UHGV virus genome: UHGV-0206543
Origin: a virus
DNA: 37,926 nt
Reading direction: 5' to 3' (one strand)
Of the stretch, positions 35,567-37,926 are shown piece by piece. Made by a program: the position numbers and the translations under genes. The stretch's first letter is position 1. Every line of letters begins with the position of its first letter. The notes beneath the pieces are model-generated. The model was not told the DNA's origin. It did no database searches and worked only from the letters and a program-made list of their open reading frames with translations.

Positions 35567-36295
35567 CTACGCTATGTCGTTTAAGTCTAAACTCATTTGT
35601 CTTACAACTGTTTTTGTGGCTGTGGACGGCTCCCAGTCATTGATATATTCAATTACCATTGGATAATGTTTTTCTCTTAATTGTGATCGAGTACCCACGC
35701 CGGTGATTTGCTTAATACCTGAATTAATATCTTTGTATAGCTTGCTACGCTGTTCCTTTGTGATTTTTCCAAATCCTCTTGCCACTTCTGCTACTCGTTG
35801 ATGAACTCGACGTGATAAGTAGCCATAATCATCTGCACCGATTTTTTGATTGTCTTTTAAGTCGGCTACTTCTTTTTCAATTACATCTACACGCTCATTT
35901 GTTTCTTCATTTGCTGATAAAGCAAGTATTGCTAGCTCTCTTTGGGAAGTTGGTAGTTTGGGTTGTTTGTTAAAATAATTTTCTTCTAGCTCATCAAACA
36001 TATCCCACGCACGATCCGTACCTAACATTTTTGAATGACGACCAGCACCTTGTTTAGTCCACAAAATTAGAGAGTTGGCATTTCTCCCAACAAGGTCGAA
36101 ATTTTCGACTCTGTTCTTAAAGTCTTTTAACTCTTGACCTTCCAATCTATAGAAATGTTTTCCTTCAGCAAATCTGCCCTTATTGTTATTAAAATTCTGT
36201 TTAATTTGTTTTTCACTTGCTCCATAAAACTCAGCAAGTTGTTCAGTTGTTAATAACCGTTGATTGTTCATTTCAATAATTCGTGGTGTATTCAT
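35567..36295 (-). CDS. ant: antirepressor (ORF6N/Bro-N-like N-domain with KilA-C-like C-domain)
   Basis: The N-terminus LLTTEQLAEFYGASEKQIKQNF is typical of ORF6N. It sits in the early left operon after cro. Confidence 0.65.
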   Translation of the reverse strand: MNTPRIIEMNNQRLLTTEQLAEFYGASEKQIKQNFNNNKGRFAEGKHFYRLEGQELKDFKNRVENFDLVGRNANSLILWTKQGAGRHSKMLGTDRAWDMFDELEENYFNKQPKLPTSQRELAILALSANEETNERVDVIEKEVADLKDNQKIGADDYGYLSRRVHQRVAEVARGFGKITKEQRSKLYKDINSGIKQITGVGTRSQLREKHYPMVIEYINDWEPSTATKTVVRQMSLDLNDIA

Positions 36296-36342
36296 TTTTT
36301 GTTCCTCCTCTTATTTCCTTTTATCCCATCGCCTTTACTTAG

Positions 36343-36639
36343 TTAAAGTTCTTTCTTAGCAGCATTATCTTTTCGCCATTTATTAACTTTATTTAAATCA
36401 AATAACAATTTACCAGTGGGATTAGGTTCTGCTTGCAACCCAGCTTTTCGCCATTTTCTAAATGTTTCTACAGAAACACCTTGTCGTTTCGCCATTTCTG
36501 TTTGATTGAATAATGTTTGTTGGTTTTTTGCCTCTAGTTCCGATTCAATCTCCTGTCTAAACCTACACCCTATTTCTGGCAATGCTTCCTCTAACCACTG
36601 ATCAAACAATGGTTTTAGCGCTTCTTCAAACGTGGTCAT
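36343..36639 (-). CDS. excisionase-like HTH protein (HTH_17/MerR-type Xis family)
   Basis: It has the motif TEMAKRQGVSVETFRKWRKAG. RBS GGGGTGGG precedes it. It is the second gene of the cro operon. Confidence 0.5.
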   Translation of the reverse strand: MTTFEEALKPLFDQWLEEALPEIGCRFRQEIESELEAKNQQTLFNQTEMAKRQGVSVETFRKWRKAGLQAEPNPTGKLLFDLNKVNKWRKDNAAKKEL

Positions 36640-36889
36640 CAGTTCCCACCCCTAAACCTTTTCTTTGTAGCGTAAATGCGACTTCTTTACCAAAAAAAAT
36701 TTCTATCGCTTCTGCATCTGATAACGGAATCTGTTCTTTAATGCCTTTTGCCTCTTCTATAGAAAAATCTCCACCTTTTTTCATTTTTCTGTAGAAAGTA
36801 CTTCTGTCTATGCCAATAGAATCAGCTACAGCTTGTTGGGTCGTTCCTCTTTCAACAATTAGGCCTTTTAATTTAGCAACATTAATCAT
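36626..36889 (-). CDS. cro: Cro-like XRE-family HTH repressor
   Basis: The HTH reads TTQQAVADSIGIDRSTFYRKM. It is divergent from cI. RBS GAGAGAGG precedes it. Confidence 0.75.
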   Translation of the reverse strand: MINVAKLKGLIVERGTTQQAVADSIGIDRSTFYRKMKKGGDFSIEEAKGIKEQIPLSDAEAIEIFFGKEVAFTLQRKGLGVGTDDHV

Positions 36890-36910
36890 TTATAACACCT
36901 CTCTCTAAAA

Positions 36911-37025
36911 TCGCATTTATGCGACTTGATATTTGTAATATACCACCTTGAATGTCATCAGTCAACAAAAAAGTTGCATTTATGCAATTATTTTTGTTGC
37001 AATTATGCAACCTGCAATATATAAT
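36911..37025. promoter_or_regulatory. genetic switch: operators O1 TCGCATTTATGCGA (36911-36924), O2 TTGCATTTATGCAA (36974-36987), O3 TTGCAATTATGCAA (36997-37010); leftward cro promoter TTGACT-17-TATATT (36960-36937); rightward cI promoter TTGCAA-17-TATAAT (36997-37025)
   Basis: There are three 14-bp dyad sites with consensus TyGCAwTTATGCrA. O1 lies at about +6 to +19 of the cro promoter. O3 overlaps the cI -35. Confidence 0.6.
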
Positions 37026-37044
37026 AATTATTGGAGGTGATAAA

Positions 37045-37773
37045 ATGAATGTAGGCGAACGCATGAAATTAAGAAGAAAAGAATTGAATATTAGCGCTGA
37101 TAAAATCGCTAATGAACTGGGTGTATCACGTTCAACAATTTTTAGATATGAAAAAGGCGATATCGAAAAACTACCTACAGAGAGATTGATAACTATTGCT
37201 AAAATTCTAAAAACAACTCCCGAAGAATTGATGGGCTGGAACACTTCGAATGATTTTTCTTCGATAGAAGCTATCTATAATAAGTTAGATACTACGAGAA
37301 AGCAGAAAGTATGTAGGTATGCCGAGCATCAATTAGAAGAGCAAAAAAGAAATACATCTAATAATAAAGTTATTGCTTTCATGCCAACAAATACAACCAC
37401 TGTAGAACTTTCAGGCAGATTATCAGCTGGTGGAGGTGCATTTAATGACAAAGGTTGTATAGAAAGTGTTGAAGTAGGCTCAGCTCCTTCGCAGTATGAT
37501 TTAGCATTCCAAGTTTGTGGAGACAGTATGTACCCTACTTTTCAAGATGGTGAAATTGTTTTTGTAAAAGAAACTATGGATATCTATAATGGACAGATTG
37601 GGGCAATTGAAATTAATGGCGAAGCATTTATTAAAAAAATGTACCTAGAAGGAACTAGGCTGCGTCTGGTGTCTCTAAATACTGAAATAGATGAAGATGG
37701 AAATCGATTATATCCTGATTTTTACGCTGACGAATTAGATGATTTATATGTAATCGGACGTGTAATTATATAA
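37045..37773 (+). CDS. cI: CI-like repressor: XRE HTH plus LexA-type S24 autopeptidase domain
   Basis: The HTH reads ISADKIANELGVSRSTIFRYEKG. The S24 catalytic Ser (GDSMYP) and Lys (FIKKM) are present. RBS GGAGGTG precedes it. Confidence 0.9.
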   Translation: MNVGERMKLRRKELNISADKIANELGVSRSTIFRYEKGDIEKLPTERLITIAKILKTTPEELMGWNTSNDFSSIEAIYNKLDTTRKQKVCRYAEHQLEEQKRNTSNNKVIAFMPTNTTTVELSGRLSAGGGAFNDKGCIESVEVGSAPSQYDLAFQVCGDSMYPTFQDGEIVFVKETMDIYNGQIGAIEINGEAFIKKMYLEGTRLRLVSLNTEIDEDGNRLYPDFYADELDDLYVIGRVII

Positions 37774-37775
37774 AA

Positions 37776-37806
37776 AGTCCCGTGCTCTAACATGGGCATT
37801 TCTCTT
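37776..37806 (+). terminator. weak hairpin after cI (CCCGUG-cucuaa-CAUGGG then U-rich)
   Basis: It has a 6-bp stem with one G-U. This is weak. Confidence 0.3.
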
Positions 37807-37855
37807 GTAGAGAGCTATGAGTATAAAAAAATTATATCAGAAAGAGGAGAAAAAA

Positions 37856-37926
37856 ATGGCAAAAAAAGTGATAGGCGAAGACGGTAAAACTTATACTATG
37901 AAAGAAAAAAACCTTTTTATAAAAAA
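37856..37926 (+). CDS. 5' part of a gene cut by the window end (MAKKVIGEDGKTYTMKEKNLFIKK...), probably the N-terminus of the DUF4352 membrane protein seen at nt 1-519
   Basis: A strong RBS AAAGAGGAG lies 7 nt upstream. The frame is open to the window end and the basic tail would precede the TM helix at window start. Confidence 0.45.
   Translation, partial: MAKKVIGEDGKTYTMKEKNLFIK

Noticed and set aside
36882-37244. 120-aa minus-strand ORF spanning the cro-cI intergenic switch and the 5' end of cI
   Set aside because: It overlaps the operators, both promoters and the well-supported cI gene. It has no RBS and a hydrophobic low-complexity translation.
1-37926. Search for reverse transcriptase/DGR, CRISPR-Cas, toxin-antitoxin pairs, retron or other known defence cassettes
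   Set aside because: No RT motifs (YxDD), Cas-like ORFs, repeat-spacer arrays or recognisable toxin folds were seen in any frame. Accessory content is regulatory and anti-restriction rather than a defence island.

Overview
The window reads as one complete temperate siphovirus genome of about 38 kb, from a low-GC Firmicutes host (Enterococcus- or Listeria-like gene content). It appears linearised inside its lysogeny module.

Every gene from cro (36889) down to the endolysin (2682) is on the minus strand, in canonical order:
- cro, an excisionase-like HTH protein and an antirepressor;
- early and recombination genes: an ERF-family single-strand annealing protein, a DUF1351 protein and an HNH nuclease;
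- a DnaD-like replisome organizer with the origin iterons inside its own gene;
- a MazG-like pyrophosphohydrolase, a RusA resolvase, an orphan MTase, a frameshifted YopX gene and several DUF genes;
- an ArpU-family late regulator, then a phage tRNA-Trp;
- a ParB-MTase fusion, terS, terL, portal, minor head protein, scaffold and major capsid protein;
- neck proteins, major tail protein, an Ig-like tail protein, two tail-assembly chaperones and the tape measure protein;
- Dit, Tal, a BppU-like tail fiber, holin and endolysin.

The plus strand carries the cI repressor at 37045-37773 and a DUF4352 membrane protein that appears split across the window ends. It also carries a small ORF, a tyrosine integrase at 813-1946, a promoter-plus-terminator moron ORF and a complete CAT-anticodon tRNA that sits between int and the endolysin.

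Because int and the endolysin are adjacent here, the window looks like the circular or packaged form of the phage rather than an integrated prophage. A probable attP with four arm-type repeats lies just downstream of int.

No CRISPR array, reverse transcriptase or known defence cassette is present. The interest is regulatory and anti-defence:
- a face-to-face promoter pair plus three plus-strand promoter/terminator mini-units upstream of arpU;
- two large GCATGC-centred inverted repeats upstream of late promoters;
- a conserved hairpin element after the capsid and tail genes;
- two phage tRNAs for single-codon amino acids;
- three DNA MTases plus MazG.

All calls are by eye from the sequence and the ORF translations; no searches were run.
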